From Bacteroides sp. UBA7335 (GTDB lineage: Bacteria; Bacteroidota; Bacteroidia; Bacteroidales; Bacteroidaceae), in NCBI GenBank assembly GCA_002471185.1, contig DKPL01000003.1, positions 1 through 56,284 of the forward strand: DNA of 56,284 nt, given 5' to 3'. This document shows positions 1 to 9,794 of this stretch, piece after piece. Each line of letters begins with the position of its first letter. The first letter of the stretch is position 1. The notes beneath the pieces are model-generated. The model was not told the DNA's origin, did not search any database, and saw only the letters and a program-made list of their open reading frames with translations. The translations under genes and the position numbers were made by a program.

Positions 1-61
1 TTTCAGATTATCAAGTTTAGTTTTTTTTGTTTACTTTTGTTTAAAATAGATGTGATATATT

Positions 62-592
62 ATGAAATGGATTGTTCTACTTGTATTTACAGCTTTAAGC
101 TTTGCAGCTTGTCGCACTTCCACTCGCATGAAAACAGATAATCAAACAGTTACACCTCAGCCCGATGAGATAAAACTAGAGCTTCCTGCTGCAAACAGCT
201 CAGCAGTTCGTTCTCCCCAAGTTTTTATTTATAAAACCAAAGGAGATTATTACAACAACGTACCGGTGTTAATGAATAATGAAAGAACCCAAATCGTTTC
301 ATATCCGGCGCCTGTTGATTTGACTATCGGTGGAAAATTGCGTCTTCCAACCCGTCTTGTCGAAGGCTATTTGCTTGATAATAAAGGTATAGGGCCAAAT
401 GTGGCTTTTCTCTCGTATACCTACGAAGAGTATAGCAAGATGGCTACAGCTCCTACCATGACCGAATTGATGAATCATATCATAGCTAAATACCCATTAA
501 CTACCTGGCATTACTGTGGCCCTCGTGCCGATTATACCGACCTTGTTCCGCAGTTAAATGCATTGATTTTGAAAGACTACTCGCAAAAATAA
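62..592 (+). CDS. Hypothetical lipoprotein
   Basis: 176-aa ORF with a hydrophobic signal ending in lipobox FAAC; function not recognised. Confidence 0.75.
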   Translation: MKWIVLLVFTALSFAACRTSTRMKTDNQTVTPQPDEIKLELPAANSSAVRSPQVFIYKTKGDYYNNVPVLMNNERTQIVSYPAPVDLTIGGKLRLPTRLVEGYLLDNKGIGPNVAFLSYTYEEYSKMATAPTMTELMNHIIAKYPLTTWHYCGPRADYTDLVPQLNALILKDYSQK

Positions 593-595
593 TTT

Positions 596-603
596 TATCT
601 TTG
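596..603 (+). promoter_or_regulatory. Bacteroidota sigma70 -7 element for hflX
   Basis: TATCTTTG matches TAnnTTTG, about 30 nt before the ATG at 636. Confidence 0.6.
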
Positions 604-635
604 CATCACATTTAATAATTAGAGAACTCATATAC

Positions 636-1901
636 ATGAAAGAATTTGTAATATCCGAAGCCAAAGTTGAAACAGCCATACTCGTAGGTATTATTACGCA
701 AACACAAGATGAGCGTAAGACGAATGAGTATTTGGATGAATTGGCGTTTCTTGCCGAGACGGCTGGAGCGGAAGTCGTAAAAAGATTTACTCAGAAGTTG
801 CCCATTGCCAACTCAGTGACCTATGTTGGAAAAGGTAAACTCGAAGAAATAAAAGAATATATCTTGCAAGAAGAAGATAACGAGCGAGAAATTGGTATGG
901 TGATTTTTGATGATGAACTCTCTGCTAAGCAGATTCGCAACATCGAAGCCGTATTGAAGATTAAGATTCTTGATCGTACCTCTTTGATTCTCGATATTTT
1001 TGCCATGCGTGCTCAAACGGCTCATGCCAAAACTCAAGTTGAGTTGGCACAATATAAATACATGCTGCCTCGCCTACAAAGATTGTGGACCCACTTAGAG
1101 CGTCAAGGTGGTGGTTCAGGATCGGGTAGTGGTAAAGGCGGTTCGGTAGGTTTGCGTGGTCCGGGTGAAACCCAGCTTGAGATGGACCGCCGTATCATCT
1201 TGAACCGTATGTCGTTGCTCAAAGAACGATTGGCCGAGATTGATAAGCAGAAAACAACCCAACGCAAAAACCGTGGACGTATGATTCGCGTAGCGTTAGT
1301 AGGTTATACCAATGTTGGTAAATCTACCATTATGAATTTGTTATCCAAAAGCGATGTTTTTGCGGAAAACAAACTGTTTGCCACGCTCGACACCACCGTT
1401 CGAAAAGTTATTATCGACAATTTGCCATTTTTGCTTTCAGATACTGTAGGGTTTATTCGTAAGCTACCCACTGATTTGGTAGAGTCGTTCAAGTCTACCC
1501 TTGATGAAGTACGCGAAGCCGATTTACTACTTCACGTAGTCGATATCTCACATCCCGGATTTGAGGAGCAGATTGAGGTAGTAAACAGAACCCTTGCCGA
1601 TATCGAAGGAAGCGGCAAACCCATGATTCTTATATTCAACAAAATAGATGCTTATCATCACATTGAGAAAGCAGCTGATGACCTTACCCCCCGCACAAAA
1701 GAAAACTTAACACTCGAAGAGCTGATGAAGACGTGGATGGCTAAGATGGAAGACAATTGTCTCTTTATCTCTGCCCGCGAAAAAATCAACATAGACGAAT
1801 TGCGCAAAGCGGTTTACGATAGAGTAAAAGAGCTTCACGTACAAAAGTACCCCTATAATGATTTTCTTTATCAAGTCTACGACGAAGAAGAGGAAGAGTA
1901 A
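636..1901 (+). CDS. hflX: GTPase HflX
   Basis: LRGPGETQLE, GYTNVGKS (G1), LFATLD, DTVGF (G3), NKID (G4). Confidence 0.97.
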   Translation: MKEFVISEAKVETAILVGIITQTQDERKTNEYLDELAFLAETAGAEVVKRFTQKLPIANSVTYVGKGKLEEIKEYILQEEDNEREIGMVIFDDELSAKQIRNIEAVLKIKILDRTSLILDIFAMRAQTAHAKTQVELAQYKYMLPRLQRLWTHLERQGGGSGSGSGKGGSVGLRGPGETQLEMDRRIILNRMSLLKERLAEIDKQKTTQRKNRGRMIRVALVGYTNVGKSTIMNLLSKSDVFAENKLFATLDTTVRKVIIDNLPFLLSDTVGFIRKLPTDLVESFKSTLDEVREADLLLHVVDISHPGFEEQIEVVNRTLADIEGSGKPMILIFNKIDAYHHIEKAADDLTPRTKENLTLEELMKTWMAKMEDNCLFISAREKINIDELRKAVYDRVKELHVQKYPYNDFLYQVYDEEEEE

Positions 1902-2000
1902 TTATTAGTTTTATAACATACTATTCATAGATTTCACTCCCGCTTTGATTGCACTTTGCAGTCGAAGTAGGATGTCTATGAAAAGTTTAAAAGGTATATT

Positions 2001-3989
2001 ATGAGGAACTACAGAAAACTGACAGAAGAAGAAATTCTACTCCTAAAAAGTCAGTCGTGTCTAGCAGATGATTGGAGTAAGGTAGAAGTTGTTGATGCAT
2101 TTACCACCGACTATGTTCATCACACTCGATTTTCGGGAGAGGTTAAGTTAGGTGTTTTCGAATCGGAGTTTACGCTGCCCGGCGGAATAAAAAAACATTC
2201 AGGTTTGCGCCATGTCACGCTGCACAATGTGCAAGTAGGCGATAACTGTTGCATCGAGAATGTACAAAACTACATTGCCAACTATGAGATTGGCAATCAC
2301 ACATTTATAGAAAACGTCGATATCATTTTAGTAGACGGCCACACCACCTTTGGCAATGGCATAGAGGTAGCTGTGCTCAATGAAACCGGTGGCCGCGAGG
2401 TGCTAATCAACGATAAGTTGTCAGCACACCAAGCCTATATTTTAGCACTCTATCGTCATCGTCCCGAGTTGATTGATCGCATGAAAAAGATGACCGATTA
2501 CTACTCTAACAAGCATGCCTCGAGTGTAGGTACCATTGGTAGTCACGTGATGATTCTCAATACCGGATCGATTAAAAATGTTCGTATTGGCGATTACTGT
2601 CACGTATGTGGTGCTTGTCGCATGAGCAATGGTAGCATCAATAGCAATCAGGCCGCCCCGGTACATATCGGGCATGGAGTAATTTGCGACGATTTCATCA
2701 TCTCGTCGGGCTCGCATGTAGACGATGGCACCATGCTCACCCGTTGTTTTGTAGGACAAGCCTGTCAGCTCGGACACAACTATTCTGCTTCCGACTCACT
2801 ATTCTTTAGCAACTGCCAAGGCGAAAACGGAGAAGCTTGTGCCATATTTGCCGGTCCTTATACCGTAACCCATCATAAATCGACCCTGTTGATTGCCGGT
2901 ATGTTTTCATTTATGAATGCCGGTTCAGGCTCTAATCAGAGCAATCACATGTATAAGTTAGGCCCTATCCACCAAGGCACGTTAGAGCGTGGTGCCAAAA
3001 CCACCTCCGACTCGTACATCCTGTGGCCGGCTCGTGTGGGCGCATTTTCACTCGTTATGGGGCGTCATGTCAACCATTCCGATACGTCCAACCTACCTTT
3101 TTCGTATCTCATAGAGCAGCGCAACACCACCTATTTAGTGCCCGGAGTCAACCTACGCAGCGTAGGTACCATTCGCGATGCCCAAAAGTGGCCTAAGCGC
3201 GACAAGCGTAAAGACCCCAACAAGCTCGACTTCATCAACTACAACCTACTGAGCCCTTACACCATTCAGAAGATGATGAAAGGTCGTCAAGTACTCAAAG
3301 AGTTAAAGCGTGTATCGGGCGAAACCTCTGAAACCTACTCGTATCAAAGTGCAAAAATCAAGAACTCCTCCCTCAATAATGGAATACGCTTTTACGAAAT
3401 AGCCATCCATAAGTTTTTGGGCAACTCCATCATTAAGCGTCTCGAAGGAGTAGTTTTCAAGAGCAACGAAGAGATTCGTCAGCGTTTGGCACCCGATACC
3501 GAAGTTGGTCAAGGCGAGTGGGTAGATATCTCCGGACTGATTGCTCCAAAAACAGAAATAGACCGCTTGATTGCAGGTGTAGAAACGGGCGAAATAGACC
3601 GCTTGAAGAAGATGAATGCCTGTTTTGCCGAGATGCACAACAACTACTACACGTACGAGTGGACATGGGCATATCACAAAATTAAGGAGTTCTATAAGAT
3701 TAATCCTGAAGAGATAACCGCTGCCGATGTAATTCACATTGTAGAGTGCTGGAAAGAGGCAGTCGTTGGATTAGACCAAATGGTATATAGCGATGCGCGC
3801 AAAGAGTTCTCGCTCTCATCGATGACCGGTTTTGGTGCCGATGGTTCGCACGACGAAATGATACTCGACTTTGAACAAGTGCGTGGCGATTTCGAAAGCA
3901 ACCCATTTGTAACTGCCGTGTTAAAGCATATAGATGACAAATCTACCTTGGGCGATGAACTAATCAATCGCATCAAGCCACTAGCTTGA
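2001..3989 (+). CDS. DUF4954 family protein (hexapeptide-repeat-like)
   Basis: 662 aa with NETGGREV and GPYTVTHHKSTLLI motifs of this conserved Bacteroidota family; follows hflX. Confidence 0.85.
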   Translation: MRNYRKLTEEEILLLKSQSCLADDWSKVEVVDAFTTDYVHHTRFSGEVKLGVFESEFTLPGGIKKHSGLRHVTLHNVQVGDNCCIENVQNYIANYEIGNHTFIENVDIILVDGHTTFGNGIEVAVLNETGGREVLINDKLSAHQAYILALYRHRPELIDRMKKMTDYYSNKHASSVGTIGSHVMILNTGSIKNVRIGDYCHVCGACRMSNGSINSNQAAPVHIGHGVICDDFIISSGSHVDDGTMLTRCFVGQACQLGHNYSASDSLFFSNCQGENGEACAIFAGPYTVTHHKSTLLIAGMFSFMNAGSGSNQSNHMYKLGPIHQGTLERGAKTTSDSYILWPARVGAFSLVMGRHVNHSDTSNLPFSYLIEQRNTTYLVPGVNLRSVGTIRDAQKWPKRDKRKDPNKLDFINYNLLSPYTIQKMMKGRQVLKELKRVSGETSETYSYQSAKIKNSSLNNGIRFYEIAIHKFLGNSIIKRLEGVVFKSNEEIRQRLAPDTEVGQGEWVDISGLIAPKTEIDRLIAGVETGEIDRLKKMNACFAEMHNNYYTYEWTWAYHKIKEFYKINPEEITAADVIHIVECWKEAVVGLDQMVYSDARKEFSLSSMTGFGADGSHDEMILDFEQVRGDFESNPFVTAVLKHIDDKSTLGDELINRIKPLA

Positions 3990-4012
3990 TAAAGAAAAGA
4001 GATATAAACCAT

Positions 4013-4055
4013 AAAAAAAATAGGGAATGATAACAATAGTCATTCCCTATTTTTT
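4013..4055. terminator. Bidirectional intrinsic terminator
   Basis: AAAAAATAGGGAATGA / TCATTCCCTATTTTTT inverted repeat between convergent genes. Confidence 0.85.
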
Positions 4056-4060
4056 ATTCA

Positions 4061-4318
4061 TCACTCTTCGGCCCATTGATGAATCACCTCACTCTTCACA
4101 TTCACCCCATACTCGGCTGCACGTTTCAGAATGTTGCGTGCCAGCTCCGCTTTACGGTCTTCGGGGGCATAGCGAAAATAAGCCTCAGCCGCTCTAACGT
4201 GAGTTGCGTCGGGCATCGGAAACTCTCTCAAATCGGGTAGTCCGTATACCGAATCGGGCAATTCTCTTTTTTCTTCGGTAGTCAGCTTATCGGCTCCCGG
4301 ATTACTAACTCTTGTCAT
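4061..4318 (-). CDS. Small protein, DUF6582-like
   Basis: 85 aa; KLTTEEKRELPDSVYGLPDLREFPMPDATHVRAA...ILKRAAEYGV resembles DUF6582 as I recall it; ends at a terminator. Confidence 0.7.
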   Translation of the reverse strand: MTRVSNPGADKLTTEEKRELPDSVYGLPDLREFPMPDATHVRAAEAYFRYAPEDRKAELARNILKRAAEYGVNVKSEVIHQWAEE

Positions 4319-4396
4319 ACCATCTATTTTTAAAGTTTTAAATAAAGTCTGTATAATAACCTTTTTTCTATTTGCTGAGTAAGGTTGTTTCAGTTA

Positions 4397-4459
4397 GTTT
4401 CAAGGGCTTGAAACTAAAGTTCCAATAGTTCGGAAGCAAAGTTCCAAGCCTTTAAAACC
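4397..4459. repeat. Three degenerate 22-nt palindromic tandem units
   Basis: GTTTCAAG at 4397, GTTCCAAT at 4419, GTTCCAAG at 4441; the first unit is the palindrome GTTTCAAG-GG-CTTGAAAC. Confidence 0.65.
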
Positions 4460-4643
4460 AATACAACAATAAGCTTGTTGTTAATGCTATAACAACAGCT
4501 ACCTGCAAAAAGATGAAAAATAAAGGTTAAACTTTAGGCTACTTGCACATCGCCCTCTATAAACTGCCCTACATCCCGCTTGGCTTTCATCTTATCGAAA
4601 CACTTTTAAGCTTAAATAAATTTACTGCTTGCATATTTTGTTA

Positions 4644-4651
4644 TATCTTTG
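4644..4651 (+). promoter_or_regulatory. -7 element for fumarase
   Basis: TATCTTTG about 45 nt before the ATG at 4698. Confidence 0.6.
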
Positions 4652-4697
4652 GCAGACTAATTAACCCATATTACGTAATAAAATAATAATAAAGACT

Positions 4698-6344
4698 ATG
4701 GCATTACCTCCGTTTAAATACGAACCCATGTTTCAATTGGGTGAAGATAAAACCAAGTACTACCTACTTACCGATAAGTATGTATCAGTGAGTGAGTTTG
4801 ATGGTAAACCAATTCTGAAAATTGCTGAAGGTGCGTTAGAGCTAATGACTCAAACAGCATTTCGCGATGTGTCGTTCATGTTGCGTCGTGAGCACAATGA
4901 GCAAGTAGCTAAAATTCTTAGCGACCCCGAAGCAAGCGATAACGATAAATACGTGGCACTTACCATGCTTCGCAATGCCGAAGTTGCCTCAAAAGGATTA
5001 CTTCCTTTCTGTCAAGATACAGGTACAGCTATTATCCATGGCGAAAAAGGCCAGCAAGTATGGACCGGGTTTGATGACGAAGAAGAGATTGCTCACGGGG
5101 TGTACAACACCTATACGCAAGAGAATCTTCGCTACTCGCAAAACGCTCCTCTCAATATGTACGATGAGGTAAACACCAAGTGTAACCTACCTGCACAAAT
5201 TGATATCGAAGCTACACACGGCATGGAGTACAAATTTCTTTGTGTAGCCAAAGGTGGTGGTTCTGCCAACAAAACCTACCTTTACCAAGAAACAAAAGCC
5301 ATCTTAAACCCCGATACGTTGGTTCCTTTTCTTGTTGAAAAGATGAAGACATTGGGCACAGCAGCTTGTCCTCCCTACCACGTAGCATTTGTAATTGGTG
5401 GAACTTCTGCCGAGAAGAATCTGCTAACCGTGAAGTTAGCCTCTACACACTACTATGATGAGTTGCCTACTACCGGAAATGAACACGGACGTGCTTTCCG
5501 CGATGTAGAACTAGAAAAAGAGGTGTTAAAGGCAGCACAATGCATCGGTCTTGGTGCTCAGTTTGGTGGTAAATATTTTGCTCACGATGTTCGTATCGTT
5601 CGTTTGCCACGTCATGGCGCATCTTGCCCCGTAGGTATGGGTGTGTCTTGCTCGGCCGACCGTAACATCAAATGCAAAATCAACAAAGATGGTATCTGGA
5701 TTGAGAAGATGGATGACAATCCGGGCGCTTTGATTCCTGAGTCAATGCGTACTGCCGGCGAAGGTGCTGTTGTTAAAATCGACTTAAACCGTCCGATGCC
5801 GGAAATTTTGAAAGAACTATCAAAATACCCAGTATCTACTCGTTTGTCGCTCAACGGAACAATCATTGTAGGTCGTGACATTGCTCATGCCAAACTAAAA
5901 GAAATTTTAGACAGAGGCGAAGAGTTGCCACAATACATCAAAGATCACCCAATCTACTATGCCGGTCCGGCAAAAACCCCCGAAGGTATGCCTTGCGGCT
6001 CAATGGGCCCAACCACAGCCGGTCGTATGGACTCATATGTAGACTTGTTTCAAAGCCATGGCGGTAGCCTTATCATGTTGGCCAAAGGAAACCGTAGCCA
6101 GCAGGTTACTGATGCTTGCCAAAAACATGGAGGTTTCTACCTCGGATCAATTGGTGGTCCTGCTGCCATCTTAGCTCAAAACAACATTAAGCACATCGAG
6201 TGTGTGGCTTATCCTGAGTTGGGCATGGAAGCCATTTGGAAAATCGAAGTAGTAGACTTCCCCGCATTCATCCTAGTAGACGACAAGGGAAATGACTTCT
6301 TCAAGCAAATTAAACCACGTTGTCCGGTAGATAGCTGCAAATAA
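4698..6344 (+). CDS. fumB: Class I (Fe-S) fumarate hydratase
   Basis: [30 protein letters not shown] and GPTTAGRMD motifs. Confidence 0.95.
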   Translation: MALPPFKYEPMFQLGEDKTKYYLLTDKYVSVSEFDGKPILKIAEGALELMTQTAFRDVSFMLRREHNEQVAKILSDPEASDNDKYVALTMLRNAEVASKGLLPFCQDTGTAIIHGEKGQQVWTGFDDEEEIAHGVYNTYTQENLRYSQNAPLNMYDEVNTKCNLPAQIDIEATHGMEYKFLCVAKGGGSANKTYLYQETKAILNPDTLVPFLVEKMKTLGTAACPPYHVAFVIGGTSAEKNLLTVKLASTHYYDELPTTGNEHGRAFRDVELEKEVLKAAQCIGLGAQFGGKYFAHDVRIVRLPRHGASCPVGMGVSCSADRNIKCKINKDGIWIEKMDDNPGALIPESMRTAGEGAVVKIDLNRPMPEILKELSKYPVSTRLSLNGTIIVGRDIAHAKLKEILDRGEELPQYIKDHPIYYAGPAKTPEGMPCGSMGPTTAGRMDSYVDLFQSHGGSLIMLAKGNRSQQVTDACQKHGGFYLGSIGGPAAILAQNNIKHIECVAYPELGMEAIWKIEVVDFPAFILVDDKGNDFFKQIKPRCPVDSCK

Positions 6345-6388
6345 TGGTAAGGTAATCATCACGATTACACTACACTTATGATACTTAT

Positions 6389-6442
6389 AAGCCTTACAAG
6401 AGTTGCCTCTTTATGATGCACTTTTGTAAGGCTTGTCTTTTT
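6389..6442 (+). terminator. Intrinsic terminator after fumarase
   Basis: AAGCCTTACAAGAG / CTTTTGTAAGGCTT stem followed by a T-run. Confidence 0.7.
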
Positions 6443-6759
6443 ATTGAGTATTGGTGAATATTGCACCAACTTGGTGCAATAGTAAACGAGAAGCTATTTT
6501 CTATACCTTGGCCGCATCATATTAAAACAATAGCAAAGTGTAAAGATGTAGAGACTTAATCATACTCAAATCCGATACCATTTTATAGTGATGATTAATT
6601 AGTGTTAAGTATTTGTTTGGTGAACATCTTAGTTGAGTATGCTACTAAAGGGATAAAGGCAGTCTGTGATGTGTTGTATGATAGTCCTTGGAGTTGAACA
6701 AAACAAAATCGACTTTAAGGATCAGATGATGGGATTTAGAAGATACAGAGAGCGCATCA

Positions 6760-6998
6760 AATAAAGTACGTACGCTTTAGAATGATGAACAGGCGAAATG
6801 ATATTTCTTTATTGTCGATGTAGTTGTAGTATTTACCGACAGTATTAGCTCTCGCAAATATTGGGGTGTGCTCAAAACATACCTAAAGAAAGAAGTGAGT
6901 TGACTACAAATTGTAGTCGACTGAAAATGTGCTCAGCAGATGGTAAGAATTACCTAACAGATGTAGCTGATGTAGAGCAACTATTCTGTCTGATCCAT
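6760..6998 (+). pseudogene. Decayed Bro-N (phage antirepressor-like) DNA-binding protein
   Basis: Manual translation: NKVRTL*NDEQAK*YFFIVDVVVVFTDSISSRKYWGVLKTYLKKE, frameshift, then ELTTNCSRLKMCSADGKNYLTDVADVEQLFCLIH. The stops at 6778-6780 and 6799-6801 fall where the family has Trp. Confidence 0.8.
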
Positions 6999-7216
6999 TT
7001 TTTATATCCTTTTCTTCACCAGTAAGCAACGTTGTTGATAACCAATAGACTACGCAACACGAAAGTAATAAAACAAAATAGACCACATTGGGGGTTCGTT
7101 AATACTTCACACTAGGCTCTGTTGCAAATATCTGAGTGGCAGTAATCTATAGCAAAACCTGTGCTTCGCAATCAGAATAAAAACCCATAACTCTTGAATT
7201 TAATTAATAATTGAGC

Positions 7217-7224
7217 TACCTTTG
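7217..7224 (+). promoter_or_regulatory. -7 element for the btu operon
   Basis: TACCTTTG immediately 5' of the riboswitch. Confidence 0.75.
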
Positions 7225-7229
7225 CCGCG

Positions 7230-7405
7230 CTTTGGTGATATTCATGAACTTCTTTCATGAAATCTTAAAAGGGAATCCGGTGTAAATCCGGAGCTGTACC
7301 CGCAGCTGTAAGTTCCATAAAATGTTTTGATAATCTAATTGTCACTGTTTTTTCTGAAATGGGAAGACATTCAAAACATGGAATGAGTCAGAAGACCTGC
7401 CAGAA
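7230..7405 (+). ncRNA. Cobalamin riboswitch
   Basis: TTGGTG...AAAAGGGAATCCGGTGTAAATCCGGAGCTGTACCCGCAGCTGTAA...GTCACTG...GGGAAG...GAGTCAGAAGACCTGCC (B12 box), upstream of btu genes. Confidence 0.95.
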
Positions 7406-7525
7406 CGTTTTTTTATATTTGCTTCGGGTGAAGGCATTGTGAAATCCTCTTTTTAAGACGTTCTATATAAAAGAAATCACACTAATCTACTCGAGGTATT
7501 ATGTTTAATCATTAATACTTTACCT

Positions 7526-8689
7526 ATGTTTAAGAAGACTTTTTTCTTAACGATGAGTGCCCTGTTTGCACTAACACTTATTGCTACATCGTGTAGCGAA
7601 GACAACAATGACCTCAAGACTGAGGTTGATGAAACTACCCCAGTTAAAACTAGTTTTAAGTTTCTGACAATCAATCACTCCAGTAGTCATGGAGACTCTC
7701 CTTCTTTGTCGCATGTAGCTCATGATGGAACAGTGACATCAGATGTTTTTTACTCTGCAAACGGAAGTACGATGCCTGATAAAATGAGTGAGTTTAACCT
7801 TATTGGTGATAAATTTTATGCCACTAGGTCGGGCTTAAATAGTAAATGGTATTTGGATGCATTTATTCACGTGATGGATACGGCTACTTTTAAAATAGAA
7901 AAGACTATTGAACTGAAATACGATGACACGCTTCAAGAGCTAAACTTGAACTCGACTGTAAAATTACCAAACGGACTGCTGCTTTCTGCCGGAGCATTAT
8001 CAAATGATGAAACGATACAGAATTTTGCTATCATTTCTCCTGATGATAATTCAATAGTTAGCAGTACTCGATTAGACTTTGCTGTGAAAAAGATGATTTA
8101 TACTCAGAATAAGATTTTTATGGCTGGTCCGGAAAGTAACTTTAAGCTAAATAAAATAGCCGTTATCGATGAAAATAACCCAAATGCGGAAGCCATACGT
8201 ACAATCTGCAATGGATCGCTTTTTGATGGCAGTAGCCCTACTATGTTGATTGACTCTAAAGGGATGATTTGGGCTGCAATTCATGATGAAGAAAGAGCAT
8301 CTGTTATCTGCATAGATCCTAAATCGGAAGCTGTAATTCATCGTATCAACTTGCCTTATTCTATAACCCCTTTGTCATCTGTAGGGATGGCCATTGACAA
8401 AGCGGCTAAATGGCTTTACATCAGAACGGGACGAGCTTTCTATAAGTTAGATACCTCCTCTGATAAAGAACCTGAAGATGTTGCGTTCGAAATAACTTCT
8501 GAAGTAGTAGATGGTGGCATGACTTGTGCAGACCTTAAAATGGGATATAACGGGAACTTACTATTTATTAGATCAATTTCTGATAAAGGGAAAAGTTGTG
8601 AGGTGTACGAGCTAAACCCTGAAACCTGGGAGACTGTTGAAATTTATACCACAAACATTAACTCAAGATATATTTATACAGTAAATTAG
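7526..8689 (+). CDS. Beta-propeller surface lipoprotein, divergent BtuG/YncE-like
   Basis: Lipobox ATSC followed by an acidic stretch (SEDNND); DVFYSANG resembles the BtuG N-terminal blade; first gene after the riboswitch. Confidence 0.75.
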   Translation: MFKKTFFLTMSALFALTLIATSCSEDNNDLKTEVDETTPVKTSFKFLTINHSSSHGDSPSLSHVAHDGTVTSDVFYSANGSTMPDKMSEFNLIGDKFYATRSGLNSKWYLDAFIHVMDTATFKIEKTIELKYDDTLQELNLNSTVKLPNGLLLSAGALSNDETIQNFAIISPDDNSIVSSTRLDFAVKKMIYTQNKIFMAGPESNFKLNKIAVIDENNPNAEAIRTICNGSLFDGSSPTMLIDSKGMIWAAIHDEERASVICIDPKSEAVIHRINLPYSITPLSSVGMAIDKAAKWLYIRTGRAFYKLDTSSDKEPEDVAFEITSEVVDGGMTCADLKMGYNGNLLFIRSISDKGKSCEVYELNPETWETVEIYTTNINSRYIYTVN

Positions 8690-8691
8690 TG

Positions 8692-9789
8692 ATGAAAATT
8701 GATTTTATACAATATGGAAAGGCAACTCTTGGAGCGATGTTGCTTTGTGGCTTAGTAGTAGCCTGCGATAAAGAGGTTATCTACGATGACTTTACTCCCG
8801 ATGAAAACGACGATTGTCGTGCTGTTGTAGTCAACGAGGGACAGTTTGGCTACGGCACTTCTTCGCTTACTATGCTTACTCAGCAAGGTGTAGTGAAACA
8901 AGATGTGTTTCGTGGCGTCAACAATCGTCCTATGGGCGATGTTGCCCAATCTATGACACGCATTGGCGACAACCTCTATGTGCCACTCAATAACTCTCGT
9001 AAAATAGAGGTGTTCAATCACGAAACCTTCAAAAGTGTTGAAACGATATCTATCAACGAAGATGTTATTCCCATGTATGTGCAGCACTTGGGAGGCGACT
9101 CTATAGCTGTGACCGATCAGATGTGGCGTAACTCTGCCTCTAAGTTGATGATTATCGATATTAATCATGGTAGTCAGCGTGAGCCGCTACGTCGCTACGT
9201 GAAGATGGATGGACAAACATTTCAGATGGCATTGGTACAAAATAAGCTTTTTGTAGGAGGTAGCAAACTAGCCGTGTTCGATTTAGGAAATATCACCGAA
9301 AGCGGGCGTCGTCATGTTTTAACCTCAGGTGGTGAAACCATTCAAACGGTAGACTTCTCGAAGATTGTAACCGATAAGAATGGTAACGTTTGGGTGCTCA
9401 CTGCGTATTGGCTCTATTGCATCGATCCCAAAACTGAAAAGGTATTGCATACTCTCGATGTGGGCAGCTTGAATATTAATGCACGGGTTTCTAGCTTTGA
9501 TTGTTCGCCCGATGGGGGTACCCTTTATTTTAATGTTCACTCGTCTGTATATACGGTAAATGTTGATGATATAAAGGTGCCTACTGCTCCAATTATAGCT
9601 CCTGTAGTAGATAAAGCACGTACCATCTATCACATGTGTGTATCCAAAGAAAACACCATCTTTATGTGTGATGTGCTTTACGGTTCGCTGTCTCGTGCTA
9701 TTATTCACGAGTACGACCCCACTACAGGTCACACAGTTAGAGACGATTTTAAAGCGGGTATTTTCCCTCACGCTATCTATTTTAAATAA
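8692..9789 (+). CDS. btuG: BtuG-type cobalamin-binding surface lipoprotein (DUF5074/YncE)
   Basis: Lipobox VVAC; NEGQFGYGTSSL, FRGVNNRPMGDVAQSM and C-terminal AGIFP match BtuG hallmarks. ATG at 8692, GTG at 8689 also possible. Confidence 0.85.
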   Translation: MKIDFIQYGKATLGAMLLCGLVVACDKEVIYDDFTPDENDDCRAVVVNEGQFGYGTSSLTMLTQQGVVKQDVFRGVNNRPMGDVAQSMTRIGDNLYVPLNNSRKIEVFNHETFKSVETISINEDVIPMYVQHLGGDSIAVTDQMWRNSASKLMIIDINHGSQREPLRRYVKMDGQTFQMALVQNKLFVGGSKLAVFDLGNITESGRRHVLTSGGETIQTVDFSKIVTDKNGNVWVLTAYWLYCIDPKTEKVLHTLDVGSLNINARVSSFDCSPDGGTLYFNVHSSVYTVNVDDIKVPTAPIIAPVVDKARTIYHMCVSKENTIFMCDVLYGSLSRAIIHEYDPTTGHTVRDDFKAGIFPHAIYFK

Positions 9790-9794
9790 GATTT

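Noticed and set aside
6629-6660. LVEYATKGIK, reminiscent of the C-terminus of YhcG/DUF1016 nucleases
   Set aside because: The match is too short and the flanking frames do not extend it; it needs BLASTX.
6904-7086. 60-aa minus-strand ORF
   Set aside because: It overlaps the Bro-N pseudogene on the opposite strand and has no recognisable features.
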